Below are positions 1 to 12,967 of a stretch of 64,000 bases of DNA, piece after piece; the stretch's first letter is position 1, and every line of letters starts with the position of its first letter. The position numbers and the translations under genes were made by a program. The notes under the pieces are model-generated. The model was given only the letters and a program-made list of their open reading frames with translations. It was not told where the DNA came from and searched no databases. Origin of the DNA: the human T2T-CHM13v2.0 reference genome, Homo sapiens; the NCBI RefSeq assembly GCF_009914755.1, contig NC_060948.1; one strand, written 5' to 3'.

Positions 1-22
1 TTCCTGACTCCTCTCCCTCCAG

Positions 23-370
23 GGTACAGGGTATCTCATTCCACTGCAGTCCAGTTGTTCTGGGATCATGAAGGTCAAGCCTCCAGCTGCAGGCAGTACA
101 CCTCCTACCTGAGCTTTTTCACCTGTTTGGCTGAACATGACTGCCCGGGTTTTGGTAGGATTGCTGAGGTGAGGTTCACCATGGGGCATCATGGGAAAGG
201 ACCTCGCTGGGCATTCCTTGGTCTCTGGGGAATTGGCATTAAACTGTGACATGAACTGTCCTGGACCCACTTCTGCAGTCCCCTAGATCATCAGCCAGGG
301 CCTATGGCTCAATCCATTGCAGTTCTATTCCATGGTGGGAGGGACAGCATTTTAGAGGGAACAGAGGCCA
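23..370 (+). pseudogene. TSPY: TSPY-like (NAP/SET domain) pseudogene, 3' exons; the 5' part lies outside the window
   Basis: AG/GT-bounded 146-bp exon 23-168 reads YRVSHSTAVQLFWDHEGQASSCRQYTSYLSFFTCLAEHDCPGFGRIAE, matching TSPY exon 4 (YRASHSTPIEW...[20 protein letters not shown]). The next exon from 287 reads IISQGLWLNPLQFY (TSPY ILCKDLWRNPLQYY) followed by an early stop. Confidence 0.85.
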
Positions 371-1589
371 GGGAACAGCCTAGGGCTGGGAACTGAGAGG
401 TCTTTCAGTCCTGGATCTGTGCCCCACAGGGAGAACCCAAGGATCATGCAGGAAACTGCAATGAGCAATCCCAGGCCATCCATTGGTTGGGGGAGAAAGG
501 CCCATCGGTGAACTGCAACACCCACATTTCAGGATTGGGGAACCTTAAGCCACTACAATGCATATGTGACTAAGATCAGTGGGTGAGAAGCAGAGCTTAA
601 GGGATAGCTGTCTCATCATCACTTGCCAGCTCCCTCCCTTGCCCTGAGACCTCCTACCACCTGAGACTCAGTTTGAGCTCATCCAGGACCCTCTCCCTCT
701 CTACACAGATATCCACCTGAGGCCCATCTAAGTCTACATTCCTTCAGAATGTTTCTCCCAGGTCTGTCATGTTCTGTTTTGATGACCCCGGGCTGCCCTG
801 ATATGTTATCCTCTCTGCTATCCTCACTCCAACTGCCCTGCCTTCCCATATAAGACAGTCCACTTCACAGGGAATCTGGAGGAATGCACTGGGTTCCAGT
901 GTGATGAAATGTTCTATTATCTCCATGTACATGTATTTTAGAGCTTCCTCCAGGACTGGAAATGTGAAGAGATTGCAAAATGGCTGGGGACCTTCAGTAT
1001 GTGTCCAGGGAGGGAACCTGGCTGGGAATTAAGGCCCACCTGAGTAATGGTATGGACATCCAGTGTCAGTTATCTTGATAAAGACCTGCTTTGTTACATC
1101 ACCTACTATTAATATAAAAGTTAATTTCTTAGAATATTGAAAAAACAAATTTAAGTGCAAAGAAAAATAATTTCTTCATAATTGTATGGAAAAACTGCAG
1201 AAGGATCCATTTTCCATTATAAATATTATGAGAGACTTGAAGTGTTTATCAAGTTTTAAGATATATTTTTATTGTTCTACTCCTGGCAATTGTTATGATC
1301 ATTTTTGCAATACAGGGACATGGACTCTGGAAAGTTTTTGAGGGACTTTCAGCTTCTTTTAGAGTACTTAGTCGTAAATTTTGAATTTTTTTCCCCTGTG
1401 GTTCTTTTCACTTTACTATTTGTACTTTATATGCAAGGTGTTAATTGTGTTTTCTTATTTGCCTCTTCTGGAACTTTTGTTTTCAAGGATTTTCTTTTTC
1501 AGTTAGATATGTGAGTTTGCCTCTGAGCACTTTTTCTAGCATAGATTTTTTTTTTAAATTCATTAGTTTTTGGGGGGGTGTGTGTGTTT

Positions 1590-1865
1590 GTTTGTTTTCA
1601 GATGAAGTCTCGATCTGTCATCCAGGCTGAAGTTAAGTGGCAAAATCTCGTCTCACTGCAACATCTGCCTCCCAGCTTCAAACGATTCCCCTGCCTTAGC
1701 CTTCTGAGGAGCTGGGATTACAGGCACATGTCCTGCTAATTTTTCTATTTTTAGTAGAGACTGGTTTCACCGTATTTGCCAGACTGGTCTCATACTGCTG
1801 TGATCTGCCTGCACTGGCCTCCCAAAATGCTGGGCTTCCAGGTGTGAGCCACCACGCCCAGCCTC
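1590..1865 (-). mobile_element. Alu (AluS-like)
   Basis: Antisense Alu dimer. Confidence 0.85.
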
Positions 1866-2473
1866 ATTTGTTTGTTAATGTATTTTAATCATTATTATAT
1901 TTTCTTCATGTACATGTATTTTATAATTATTGAAATAATGTATTATATTTACTTAATACTTTTGTAGGATTTTATATGTAATATTTTCGCTCACCAAATA
2001 CAGTATTGTGTATAGGTTAACCTTGTATAGTATTGTCATTCTGTCTTTCATAAATTATTCAAGAACTCCAATACTGTTTTTCCCCAACCTGAGGAGAACA
2101 TGCAGATAGTTATAAAAAATTGTGCGAGGGGGTAAGTATGAAAATATAATCTGAAAGAATAATCAAATTCACAAATAAATTTCACATTTGTATTTTGCAT
2201 CATTTTGAAAATTTTATTTGCTGACACATGAAATTCTGTATTCACCTTCATGTTAAATATACACTTTTGAATCAATTTCAAGAATGAAAGCAATCCAAGG
2301 CCATGCATTAGTTCAGGAAGTAGAAAGCAGTTGTTATGTAGAAAAAGATCATATTTAATGAAGGTATATTTAGAGAGATCTTAGAAGGCTTAAGTCAATA
2401 TTTTTGTTTTTGTTGTTTTGGTGTTTTATCATACTGTGACCAGACTGTAGCATCAATAGTTATAGTCACTAGG

Positions 2474-2747
2474 CTACCAAAGTCTCAGAGCTGCAGTAAT
2501 TATTATTGAGGAAAGTGGCAGTGTGGTTGGCTCTTTAAGGAGAGTAGAGGACTTAGGAGTTTCCACCCAAGCCACAACGGCCTGATTTAGTGGGTGGCCT
2601 TCTTTTGCTGAAGCAGATAAGATACAGGAGAAGTGTGGACTCACTGTAGTAGCTAGGGCTTTGAGACTGGTAAAGCATATTTGTCCCCTAGTGCCATTGC
2701 CAGATATTGGTCTGCGCATAATGACATTTTCTGGACTCACTGACTCC
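2474..2747 (-). pseudogene. PRSSLY-like terminal exon (end of trypsin-like domain 3 plus hydrophobic tail)
   Basis: Acceptor tttacag|GAG. NGTRGQICFTS...VSPHFSCIL resembles the trypsin 'GTW.QVGI.S...V..Y..WI' segment. It ends LPLSSIIITAALRLW*. Confidence 0.55.
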
Positions 2748-3241
2748 TGTAAATTCAAACGTAGAATTTGGATTTAAATCCCTATTCCAACTTCTTAAAC
2801 TTAGAATTAATAAGTGGGTGATAAAATATGTATTCAGAAGAAAGGCAGACATCAGATAAGTACATAAGTAAATCTTCCTGGTAAAATACCTTCAAAAGTG
2901 TTACTACAAAAAAATCACTGAAGAGCATACCTTAAACAAGTTATTTTACTTGGAGAAATAGAAAAATGTTGGAGTCGTTTTATATACAATGTCTAATTTG
3001 TTTGAAGAACAGCATACTATCTCTTTAGTATGGCTAGAGATTAATAACTCATGTAAGAAAACTCAGATTGACAATAAAATTTTTCAGAGATTTTGTTCTG
3101 TAATTAAAGACTTTTAAAATGGTTTCCTACTGATCAATGATTCACTTATATTTATCATTTAGGCATATGCTGTATACCCTTCTATACAGGGACAAAGTTA
3201 TAGTTTCTATCATGTAGATAGAAAAGAATTTGACTGTGTAC

Positions 3242-3374
3242 CACATTTGCATTAATGTCTTTGACCTGAGTAATGAAGCAAACAATGGAACTGTCTATGT
3301 CAGGTTACAGGTGGGCACAGCTGGAAGCTTCCATCACTTGTGCTTTAACATTTCTGCATTCTCATCAGTCTCTC
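3242..3374 (-). pseudogene. PRSSLY-like exon, trypsin-like domain 3
   Basis: ctttccag| ... |gtacac boundaries; reads QVMEASSCAHL*PDIDSSIVCFITQ after a frameshift, the trypsin C..Y...I...LC loop. Confidence 0.65.
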
Positions 3375-3531
3375 CTGGAAAGAAAATGGACTATAACTAT
3401 CCTAAAGAACATATGTTACATGTAGACACTAAGTATTGAGATAAAACCTTGATTTGTCTTATCACTGTCTCGTCATTACATTTGTATGTGTAACTTACAC
3501 AGAGAAATTCAGTTTATTTTATCACCATTAA

Positions 3532-4165
<634 letters not shown>

Positions 4166-4618
4166 ATTGTCATTCTTTAATCACTTTTTAAATGCCACTC
4201 TTCAAAAGTAACAAGTAAATTTTACTTAAGAAATTCCAAATGCCAAGTCAAGTTCAGCTTCATTTTCATAAAGAGGTAAAAAGAAAACAAATCAAAAAAC
4301 CTTCTTTTTCCTTTGTTTTGAAGTTAGCAAAGAGTTGGAAAACCAATCATGTCTACTTTGGTTTACAAAATTGACTGTACAGAGAAAGATCCTCATATAA
4401 ATGTTTTCAGATCTAAAATCTTGTGAAGTTATCATCAGAACCATCATCTTATAAAACAAAAACACATTTCCTAGTGGGTCTCTTGTGTGGATTAAACATC
4501 TTATTATTAGTAATGTATACAATTGTGATTACAGTTACTCCTTGAAACATAATATTAAAAATACAAATCTCATTTATTTTTTACAACTGCTACCCCAGTG
4601 AGAAAAAATAACACTGAC

Positions 4619-4864
4619 CTGGTGTAATAATTTGTGCCCCAGAGAGCCAGCCTTCTGGACTATTCAGATTCTTCAGACAGCCGGAGTGCTGAGAGCCGAA
4701 TGGGAGTCTGGACATCTTGGAGGAGTAGCAATGCCAGGATATTTCTTGCTGCTCCACTCACCAACCAGAATCTCTCATGCAGCAGAATGGTAGACACCTT
4801 CACAACTCTCAGTTGTGCCCCAGGATGCCTCAGGCCCAGTATCACAGCAGTGTCTTCAGGACTC
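4619..4864 (-). pseudogene. PRSSLY-like exon, trypsin-like domain 3 (Asp-motif exon)
   Basis: cacag| ... |gtcagt boundaries; VILGLRHPGAQLRVVKVSTILLHERFWLVSGAARNILALLLLQDVQTPI matches the 'I.LH..F...NDIALL.L..P' pattern. Confidence 0.75.
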
Positions 4865-5228
4865 CTGTGTGCATCGGCAAAGATTTATTACAATACATTC
4901 ATTAGAAAACCTGAACCTTAAACCTACATCAGGCTTTCTAGCATATTTCTTTATTTATGATACATAAGGTCCCTAGCTCATCTTCAGAGAAATCAGAAAT
5001 CTATGGATAAAGAGTTCATAGACAAGGGGATTGCAGAGGAATTGACTAACAGAGGTACTAATAAGCCAAACACTGTGACAAAATTTCTTTTTAGCCTAAA
5101 ACAAAAATGTTATCCATATAAGTGAGATGCTCATGTATTATAGAAGTGAATTAGGAAGAGAAACCTTCAGCAATGTACTTATGGGATCATAAATCATAGG
5201 ATATGGGAAGAGGCAGGCACAAACTTAC

Positions 5229-5364
5229 ATGTTCCTGACACAGTGGGCAGCTATGAGAACCCATGAGCTGCTAACTATGGACCCGCTGTAGACCTGACTG
5301 CCACAGCTGATGATCCCAGCCTGCCAAGGCATGGCATATTGCAGAGAAATCTGATCTGCTGAAG
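5229..5364 (-). pseudogene. PRSSLY-like exon, trypsin-like domain 3 (His-motif exon)
   Basis: tcttcag| ... |gtaagt boundaries; MPWQAGIISCGSQVYSGSIVSSSWVLIAAHCV contains the PWQ and AAHC motifs. Confidence 0.85.
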
Positions 5365-5419
5365 CTGAAGAGAAAAATAAGCTAATTGTGCTAATTTGAA
5401 TAGAATTGCCATCTGTAGA

Positions 5420-5421
<2 letters not shown>

Positions 5422-5463
<42 letters not shown>

Positions 5464-5750
5464 TGAGACAGAGCCTCACTCTGTTTCCCAGGCTGGAGTG
5501 CAGTGGCGTGCTCTCTGCTCAGTGCAAACTCCGCCTCCTGGGTTCCTGCCATTCTCCTGCCTCAGCCTCCTGAGTAGCTGGGATCACAGATGTCCATCAC
5601 TGTGCCTGGCTAATTTTTTTTGTATTTTTTAGTAGAGACGGGGTTTCACCATGTTAGCCAGGATGGTCTCGATCTCCTGACCTCGGGATCCGCCCGCCTC
5701 AGCCTCCCAAAGTTCTGGGATTACAGGTGTGAGCCACCGCACCTGGCCCA
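5422..5750 (-). mobile_element. AluY-like element with a long (~40 nt) poly-T tail
   Basis: 'ttagccaggatggtctcgatctcctgacctc' plus the tail. Confidence 0.9.
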
Positions 5751-7072
5751 TTTTTTTAAGTTTTAAATCCCTCCTATTTGTGCTAACCAAATTAGCATTG
5801 TTAAATATGACCAGCAAAGACAAGCTTCTACGTCTTTTGTGTTCATGCATTTTTCTTGAAAAGAAGTGTTCCTCTTACTATCTTTCTGAGTTCATAGTTT
5901 CTTTATGTCATAGCTTAAATTTCTTTAATCAAAATATTGGGAGTCATCCCAGCTTTCTCCCCCATTGCAACATTTATATATCTATGATTGTAGCTACCCA
6001 GAAATCACTGAAGTAGATAGGCAACAAAAAAATGTAATGATTTGAATGTATTAATAAATAATGAAAAATTTGGAGATAAAGCACCTGTCTCTAAAATGGA
6101 GGGGGCTTTTCTTCCTAAACTTATAATTTTAGTGAGATATCAAACCAATAGTTTAAATAGAAAATTCAAGATTGAGGTTCAGGAAAGAGCTCATATTTTT
6201 AAAATTATTTTAGCGTTCCTCAGAAAACTGAGTTGAAGCAATGCTCGTTTATATATATAGAGAGAGAGATAAAAATGTTGAAGATAACCTGTCTGTAGAA
6301 GGGGTAAGGAAGTATAGATGAAATTAGAAGCATAACTAAGATGTTAAGTGTAGTTGTCTTTGAGTTAGACTTTGGAGGATGTGAGCAAATAATTATGGCC
6401 TCTTTTATGTTTTAAGTGTATTATTCACTGTAACTATGGCGATAGGTGGTAGCTATAAAATAGCTGTGGCTAAGTGCACATTTAACTCATGAGACCAAAA
6501 GAGATCCCTCAATTTCTAAGGAAACAAGTAGAAGTACAGTAATGTGAAATAGCCATTGCTAATATTGTGATAGGTTTTCTGATAGCCAAAGGAAGGGGGA
6601 AACTGATAATAGCAACGTAACCCAATCTAGTACACCAGCACCTAAAACTCATTACTTACCAACTATTACACTGTTTCCAAACATCAAAATATCTTTAACT
6701 TAAAATATACTTAATTTAAAATAACTCTATTACAAATGCAAGCTACTGTGTGGTAGTAAAGAAATGTCTTTGTGTTAGAAGAGTGTGTCTTAATATTAGC
6801 CCTATTCATCTTTTGCCATGAGAAATCGATCAATCCATTCTACTTATCTAGTATCAGAATACACATTTAAGATAACTATAATAATCACGTTAAATGATCT
6901 CTATCATGATCTATAGGGATACTATGGAAATTGAATAATATATCAAGTATGAAATGCCTTTGTAAGCCATAAGGAAATAACTTCCATGATTTGGGAGATA
7001 AAATATTGTGCATTTTTCAGGAAGAGCTTTCTCTCCTCTCTCCTTCCATCTACTCTTTTCTATTTCAATTAC

Positions 7073-7412
7073 CTTCTTCTTTGGCTTTGCCTACCAAGGT
7101 TTTGAGCCTTACTCTGAGGCTGTGGCAGAGAGATGAAGTGTGGCCAAATGGAAGTGGGAGCGGAGATAAAAGTCAAGGCATCTTTAGAAGCAGAGACTGA
7201 AAGGGACATGGAAGCAGAGGTAGTCATGGGCCCCTGGTGGTGCCAGGGTGCATGGCTAGGCCATGGCACTCCCAGGAGCCAGAAAGAAAAGGGTGCACTT
7301 GGCTGAAGACACAGGGCTTTGTGCAATGCTCCTCAAAGTGACTCAAGATTCCCACTTGCACCCAAGTGTCCTTTTGCTGTAGATGGCATACGAAAGGTGC
7401 TCCCAAGTCACG
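7073..7412 (-). pseudogene. PRSSLY-like exon, end of trypsin-like domain 2 plus linker
   Basis: ttgcag| RDLGAPFVCHLQQKDTWVQVGILSHFEEHCTKPCVFSQV, equivalent to GDSGGPLVC...W.QVGI.S....C..P.V. The 3' boundary is less certain. Confidence 0.8.
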
Positions 7413-7528
7413 CTGCAAGAAACAAAGATACAAGATATGAATCAATATTTTGAAGGAGGGCCAGAAGTAACTTTTAGTGTGCAAGATATTCCTCTTTCTT
7501 CCTGGCATTCATACCCCATGAATTTGTC

Positions 7529-7664
7529 CCCTTACAGCCAGCCTCCCCAACAGCTGTCTTGGCCTCTACACAAAAAGTGAATTCATTCAGCTTGGGGCAC
7601 AATTGGGCACAAGGGCTGACTTGTTGGTTGCTCAGGTGCCCTTTTTGCAGAATTCCAGAACTTC
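7529..7664 (-). pseudogene. PRSSLY-like exon, trypsin-like domain 2
   Basis: ctatcag| SSGILQKGHLSNQQVSPCAQLCPKLNEFTFCVEAKTAVGEAGCK, the LQK...C...C...C pattern that precedes the GDSG exon. Confidence 0.7.
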
Positions 7665-7835
7665 CTGATAGAAAACACAGAAGAGGTGTTTGTGTTTGTT
7701 TGTTTTCAAATTTAGCCTAGATTAGAGGGGGAAGTATGGTGAAGAGAAATACATTTTTTTTTATTATTCAAGAGAGGATACTATTCTCTTTCCAAACATG
7801 CTTCTCTTCCATCCCAGGGTCTTCTTCATTACTCA

Positions 7836-8093
7836 GCCCTCATAAGGGACCAGCTAGATAGCCAATAGTCATATAGTTGTGTAAATTTCTCCTGTTCCAG
7901 ACTTTCCTCCAAGCATAGAGGAAACACCAGGGGTTGAAAATGTAGTGGCTGCTTCAGGAAGATCAACCCAGGTCCTAGAGGTCCCTTGGGAGCTAGGTAG
8001 GGTATGGCATGGTCAATGCTCACAGTCAGCTTGGGCAGATTCCAGAAGATGACTAAGCCCCACTGGACTAGGGCCAGGGCTCCTGAGCTTTTT
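7836..8093 (-). pseudogene. PRSSLY-like exon, trypsin-like domain 2
   Basis: Polypyrimidine tract plus cccag|; reads GLIFLKQPLHFQPLVFPLCL...YDYWLSSW, matching 'L.L..P..F...V.PICL...C..SGW'. Confidence 0.7.
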
Positions 8094-8224
8094 CTGGGGA
8101 AAAAAAATCAAGAAAAATCTTATTATTTCCACATTTCAATTTGAATGAAGCCCTGGAGGTCACATGAATCCAGATGAAGTCCAGGTAAGCACTAAAGTAG
8201 AAATACTTCTTTAGAAACTATTTT

Positions 8225-8430
8225 CGAGGATCATTTGAGACCAGGTGCACAACATGATAAGAGCTTATTTATGCCAAAATAAAAATAGCCAGATGCAGTG
8301 GTGTGTGCCTGTGGTCCCATGTACTCAGGAGGCAGAGGTGGGATAATCTCTTAATATTGGGAGTTTGAGGCTACTTGTGAATCACGCCACTGCACTCCAG
8401 CCTGGGCAACAGAGTAAGACCTTGTTTCTA
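8225..8430 (+). mobile_element. Partial AluJ
   Basis: Right-arm Alu homology. Confidence 0.7.
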
Positions 8431-8561
8431 TCTCTGTTTCTCTCTGTCTCTCTCACACACACAGACACACACAAATAAAGGGAAAGATATTCATTAACAA
8501 TCTCCAGTTGTAATTGCTTTATAATGATATCTTAATCTTGAAATGAATTACTTAGATTTAC

Positions 8562-8729
8562 ATAAAATAGGCACATCTAGCTGTGGTAAGGATACACTGT
8601 TCATTTAGTATGGAGCCAGCACAGAAATGGGAGAAAGACAGTTGTAGAGAAACTGTCAAGGGAATTCACCAATTCCTGCCTCCCAGCAGCTGGGACAGAG
8701 GGTTACATGGCCAGGGCATAATCCACACT
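8562..8729 (-). pseudogene. PRSSLY-like exon, start of trypsin-like domain 2
   Basis: ECGLCPG...EAGIGEFP(frameshift)TVSLQLSFSHFCAGSILNEQCILTTARC; donor |gtaaat. Confidence 0.8.
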
Positions 8730-11700
8730 CCGCAGAAGGAATACACATGTGGAATAGAGTGAGATTAGTGTTACCACTCTCCTATTTCTAAAATCTAATT
8801 TTAGGTTTTTAGGAATATGCTTGAGAAATTCAGTATCTTCAATTCTGAGACAATGCTTCGAAATATGCATTATTCACCCTAAAATTTCAGATATACTACA
8901 GAGGTTATCTGCATACTTTCCCTTTAAATAATAATGTAAAGTATATATATATATACACACATATATATATATCTTATTTATATCCAAGATATTATACTAT
9001 TATCCAATAGTGTGTGTATATATTCATATACCTCAAGTGGAATAATAAACCATTTCTAAGAAGTAAGACTATCTTTAAAATACTGCTCTCTGAATAGAAT
9101 TGTGCTTATAAAACATAGCCCATAAATCCTGTTTGGCAAAAATAAGATATCTCTCAATATTTAAACATCTCTCCTGAGTCATACAATAACCTAAATTTTG
9201 GTATTGCAAAGATCTGCGGACATAACCTCTTATCTTACAAACTGTGGTTTTAGAGTTCAACAAGGGTCTTCGTACCAAGTATATTAACCCAAACCTATGA
9301 CTAGACTAAAGGTGCCTGTGTTTTCATGAGAAATAACAGCTGTCTTGAAGAGCCAGAAAGTCTGGAAACTTTCTTTCCATATCACAGCTAGTTGACACTC
9401 AACCAGGGAAACATTGAGTTCTAAATGCCTAAGAGGTTGTTGTCTAGGCTTGGGTCCAGATTGAGATCCAGGCATCAGGAGAAGTTAAAAGTGTGGCTGG
9501 AGCAGCATGCAAGGATGAGAAAGAATGGGAAAGAATGCACTATTCAGTAAATGTTAAGAAAGATATTTTCTGAAGAGGATTAGCAGAAGAGGCTATGGAT
9601 AGGAGAACAGGAGAAGAGACCAGAGGAAAAATAACTGAGAAAGATGGGAAAATGCAAAATGAAGGGAATGCACAAGAAGAAAAGATTGAACAAGAAGAAC
9701 ACAGTGTATGTGGAGATGGAAGAGAACAAGACAGAAAAAAGAAAAAGGAGGAACAAAGAGAGATAAGAGAGGTACCTAGGACATCAGGGCTTTCTTTTAT
9801 CTTGATAATTTTTAATTTCCTGCCGTAGTGCTGGTAAACAAATCTTCTAGGAAGCAAATGCTTATAAGCTCGCTTGGTTGGAGAGAAATGATTTATCTTG
9901 GCTTTCTGTGACAGGTATCTCAGTTAACAAAGTGATAAAATAGTGATCTGGGAAAGAAACAGTTTTTACTGCCAAAAAGGGTACACGTTTAGACAAGGAG
10001 CCAAAGTGACTCGTTAATAGTGTTTCTTCATTCAGCTCAATTTCAGGAGGAGAAAATGATACAATTATATCAGCCTTATAATGGGTTCTGGGTCTTAGCA
10101 TTTCTGTTTCAGGTTGGATCCAGGTTCTCACTTTACCAGCTTTAAAAACAGCAAAGCATTCAATAATATCAGCTTCAGACTGGATCCAGTGCATGTCTGC
10201 TTTGGCTACAGGTAGTATCCAAGATATGAGTGTTCTTCCTATAAGCAAGGTCCATGGTTTGACTACTGGAGATAGAACCTTGGGCCAGAAACTTAGTAGG
10301 AAGCTTTCAGACCGGATTAAAGCGTGAATTATATCAACTTCAGGCTGGATCCAGGGAATGAGATTTTAAATAAGCCCATGATCTGCCTTTATTCATTTGA
10401 ATATTAAATGAAGATCTGACTATATCAGTTTCTTGCTTGATCCAGGGTCTCACTGCTTGGTTCTCAGCATTGGTTCGGTATGTAGCAGCTCTTTGCTGAG
10501 TCCAGGGCCAAAATATACCAACTTCAGTTTGGACCAGGGAGAGACTTTCAGGATGAATCCAGGGTCTAACTGTATCACATTGAGTCTGTAAGTGAGATGT
10601 GACTGTATCAATTTCAGTCATGTTTCAGGGCTTTATTCCTTGGCTTACAGTCCAAATTTGGAATACTTCAGTTTCAGATTGGTTCCAGGATCTTATTGAA
10701 TTCATTTGAGTCTGGAACCAGTATCTTATCACTGGATTGGCTTCAGGGTGGGTCCAGGGATGAATTTCAGAGTATAAGTCCATGATCTGATAGTAGCAGG
10801 TACATGCTGAGTCCAGGAGTAATTATGCTAACTTGATTCTGGGTCCAGGAGTGTGCCATTTGAGATTCAAGTTGGGTCCAGGGCCAAACTGCATAGTTTT
10901 GAGTTGGGGACCAACATGTCAACATTCCGCCTCAGGCCAGGTCCTAATTTCTTGAGATTCAGGCTCAGTCCATTGTTCTATTTTATCAAATTCAGAATGT
11001 GTCCAGTGTCTGACTGTATTGATTTCAGCATAGGTCCACGGTTGAATAACATCACATTCAGACTGTGTCCAGGGTCTAACTGCATTCTTTTCAGATTGGT
11101 TCCATGGGTGGGTTATTTACCATTCTCTCTGGCTTCATCCAGGTAGTAACTGTTTGAGAATAAGGTTGAGTACCATTTCTTCTTACATGCTTTTGGGTCT
11201 GAAACCAATTACTCAGAGTATTAATGTCAGACATGGTCAAGCCTGATTCAATAGTGTACCAGACTCATACATGTAACAGTGTATCAGACAAGGCCAGGGT
11301 CCAGAGTCTGACTGCTTGAAATTCACCATGAGTCAAAGGTCTGATAGTATTAGTTTTAGCTCTAGTCCAGGGCTGGATGGTGCCTGCTTCAGTCTGGATC
11401 CATAGTTTTACTGTATCAGCTTCAGAAATGTTCTGGGATCTCATTGTACCTACTTCAGACTGGGTACACAGGAAGAAGACATCAGTTTCAGATTGGATCC
11501 ATGTTATAAATGTTGTAGTTCTGTGTTTAGCCAGGATTCTATTTTACCAGGTCCAAAGGGAGTAAATGTGCTCAGTGTTTGAAATTCTGGCTGAGCCCAA
11601 GGTTTAATTTTTTTTCTGTTGCCGTTTTAAACAAACTTCTGCTAGTTAGAGCTTCAGGTTGGGAGCATAGTTTTGCTGCTTGATAGTGCAGAGGCACTAC

Positions 11701-12269
11701 CAAGGATATAAGGGTTCCAAATTCAGGCAAGGCCCATTCATTGATGTTTTCAATTTCATGATGTGTCCACAAAATAGTGCTTGATTTTCATATTGGATTA
11801 AGGGTTGTGTAGTATCACCTATAGGTTCTGTCCAACAAACTACTGCTGGAGATTCAGCCTGAGGCCATGGTGTGTCTGTGTCATTCGTAGGCTTTGTCCA
11901 AAGATTTCCTGCTGGAGATTGAGAATGTGCCCATAGTGTGACAGTAGCAGCCCAGGGCAGTATTTATGGATATTCTGTTGTTAATTCAGCCTCTTTCCAT
12001 AGTGTGATGGTATCAGCTATGGATGTTGTCCAGGTATTTACCGATGGACATTCAACCCGGGTCCAAGGTATGACTATGGAAGATATAGGCTGTGTCCATG
12101 GAATTACTACTGGAGATACAGCCTAGGCCCATGTTGTGACTTTGGAATTTACAGCATCTGTGCACGAATTTACTGTTGGAGACTCAGCTTGTGTCCACAG
12201 GATAACGTTATCAGATTCAGGTAGTGTACAGAGATTTACTGCTGAAGATTCATGTTGGACCCAAGGTTT

Positions 12270-12967
12270 TGTGTCTAGAATTTATTCCCTCTGGTGGGTT
12301 TGTGGTCTCACTAACTTTGAGACTGAATCCACGGAACCTCACCGTGAGTGTTACAGCTGTTAAACATGGTGTGTCCAGAGGTTGTTTCTTCAGATGTTCA
12401 GATGTGTCCAGAGTTTCTTCCTTCTGATGGGTTTGTGGTCTCGCTGACTTCAAGAGTGAAGCTGCAGACCTTCCCAGTGAATGTTACAGCTCTTAAAGGT
12501 GTAACAGCTCCAGAGTTGTTTGTTCCTCCTGCTGGGTTCTTGGTCTCACTGACTTCAGGAATGAAGCCACAGACCCTGAGGTGAGTGTTACAGCTCATAA
12601 AAGTAGTGCAGACTCAAAAAGTGAGCATCAGCAAGCTTTATTGTGAAGAGCAAAAGACCAAAGCTTTCACAGCATGGAAGGCGACCCAACCAGGTTGCTG
12701 CTGTGAGCTAGGGTAGCTAGCTTTTATTCCCTTATTTGGCCCCATGCACATCCTTTGATTGGTCCATTTTACAGAGCACTGATTGGCCCATTTTATAGAG
12801 TGCTGATTGGTCCATTTTACAGAGTGCTGATTGGTGCATTTACAATCCTTTGGCTAGATACAGAGCACTGACTGGTGCATATACAATCCTTTAGCTGGAC
12901 GGGAAAGTTCTCCAAGTCCCCACCCCATCCTCAAACTGAGGTAAAGCTCAGCTGGTTTCACCTTTCA
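12270..12967 (-). mobile_element. Solo LTR12 (ERV9 LTR)
   Basis: TG...CA termini with a 4-bp TSD GTTT (12266-12269, 12968-12971). Repeated 'ggtctcactgacttcaagaatgaagcc...gtgagtgttacagctc' units and tandem 'gctgattgg' (CCAAT) repeats are typical of LTR12. Confidence 0.9.

Noticed and set aside
950-1120. TSPY terminal exon
   Set aside because: An AG acceptor exists at ~953, but I see no recognisable similarity to the TSPY last exon.
9595-9828. Plus-strand E/K-rich ORF
   Set aside because: It is the antisense shadow of the Ser/Cys/Phe block of the minus-strand exon.
12300-12900. Tandem repeats and overlapping ORFs as a novel element
   Set aside because: They are the normal internal repeats of LTR12.
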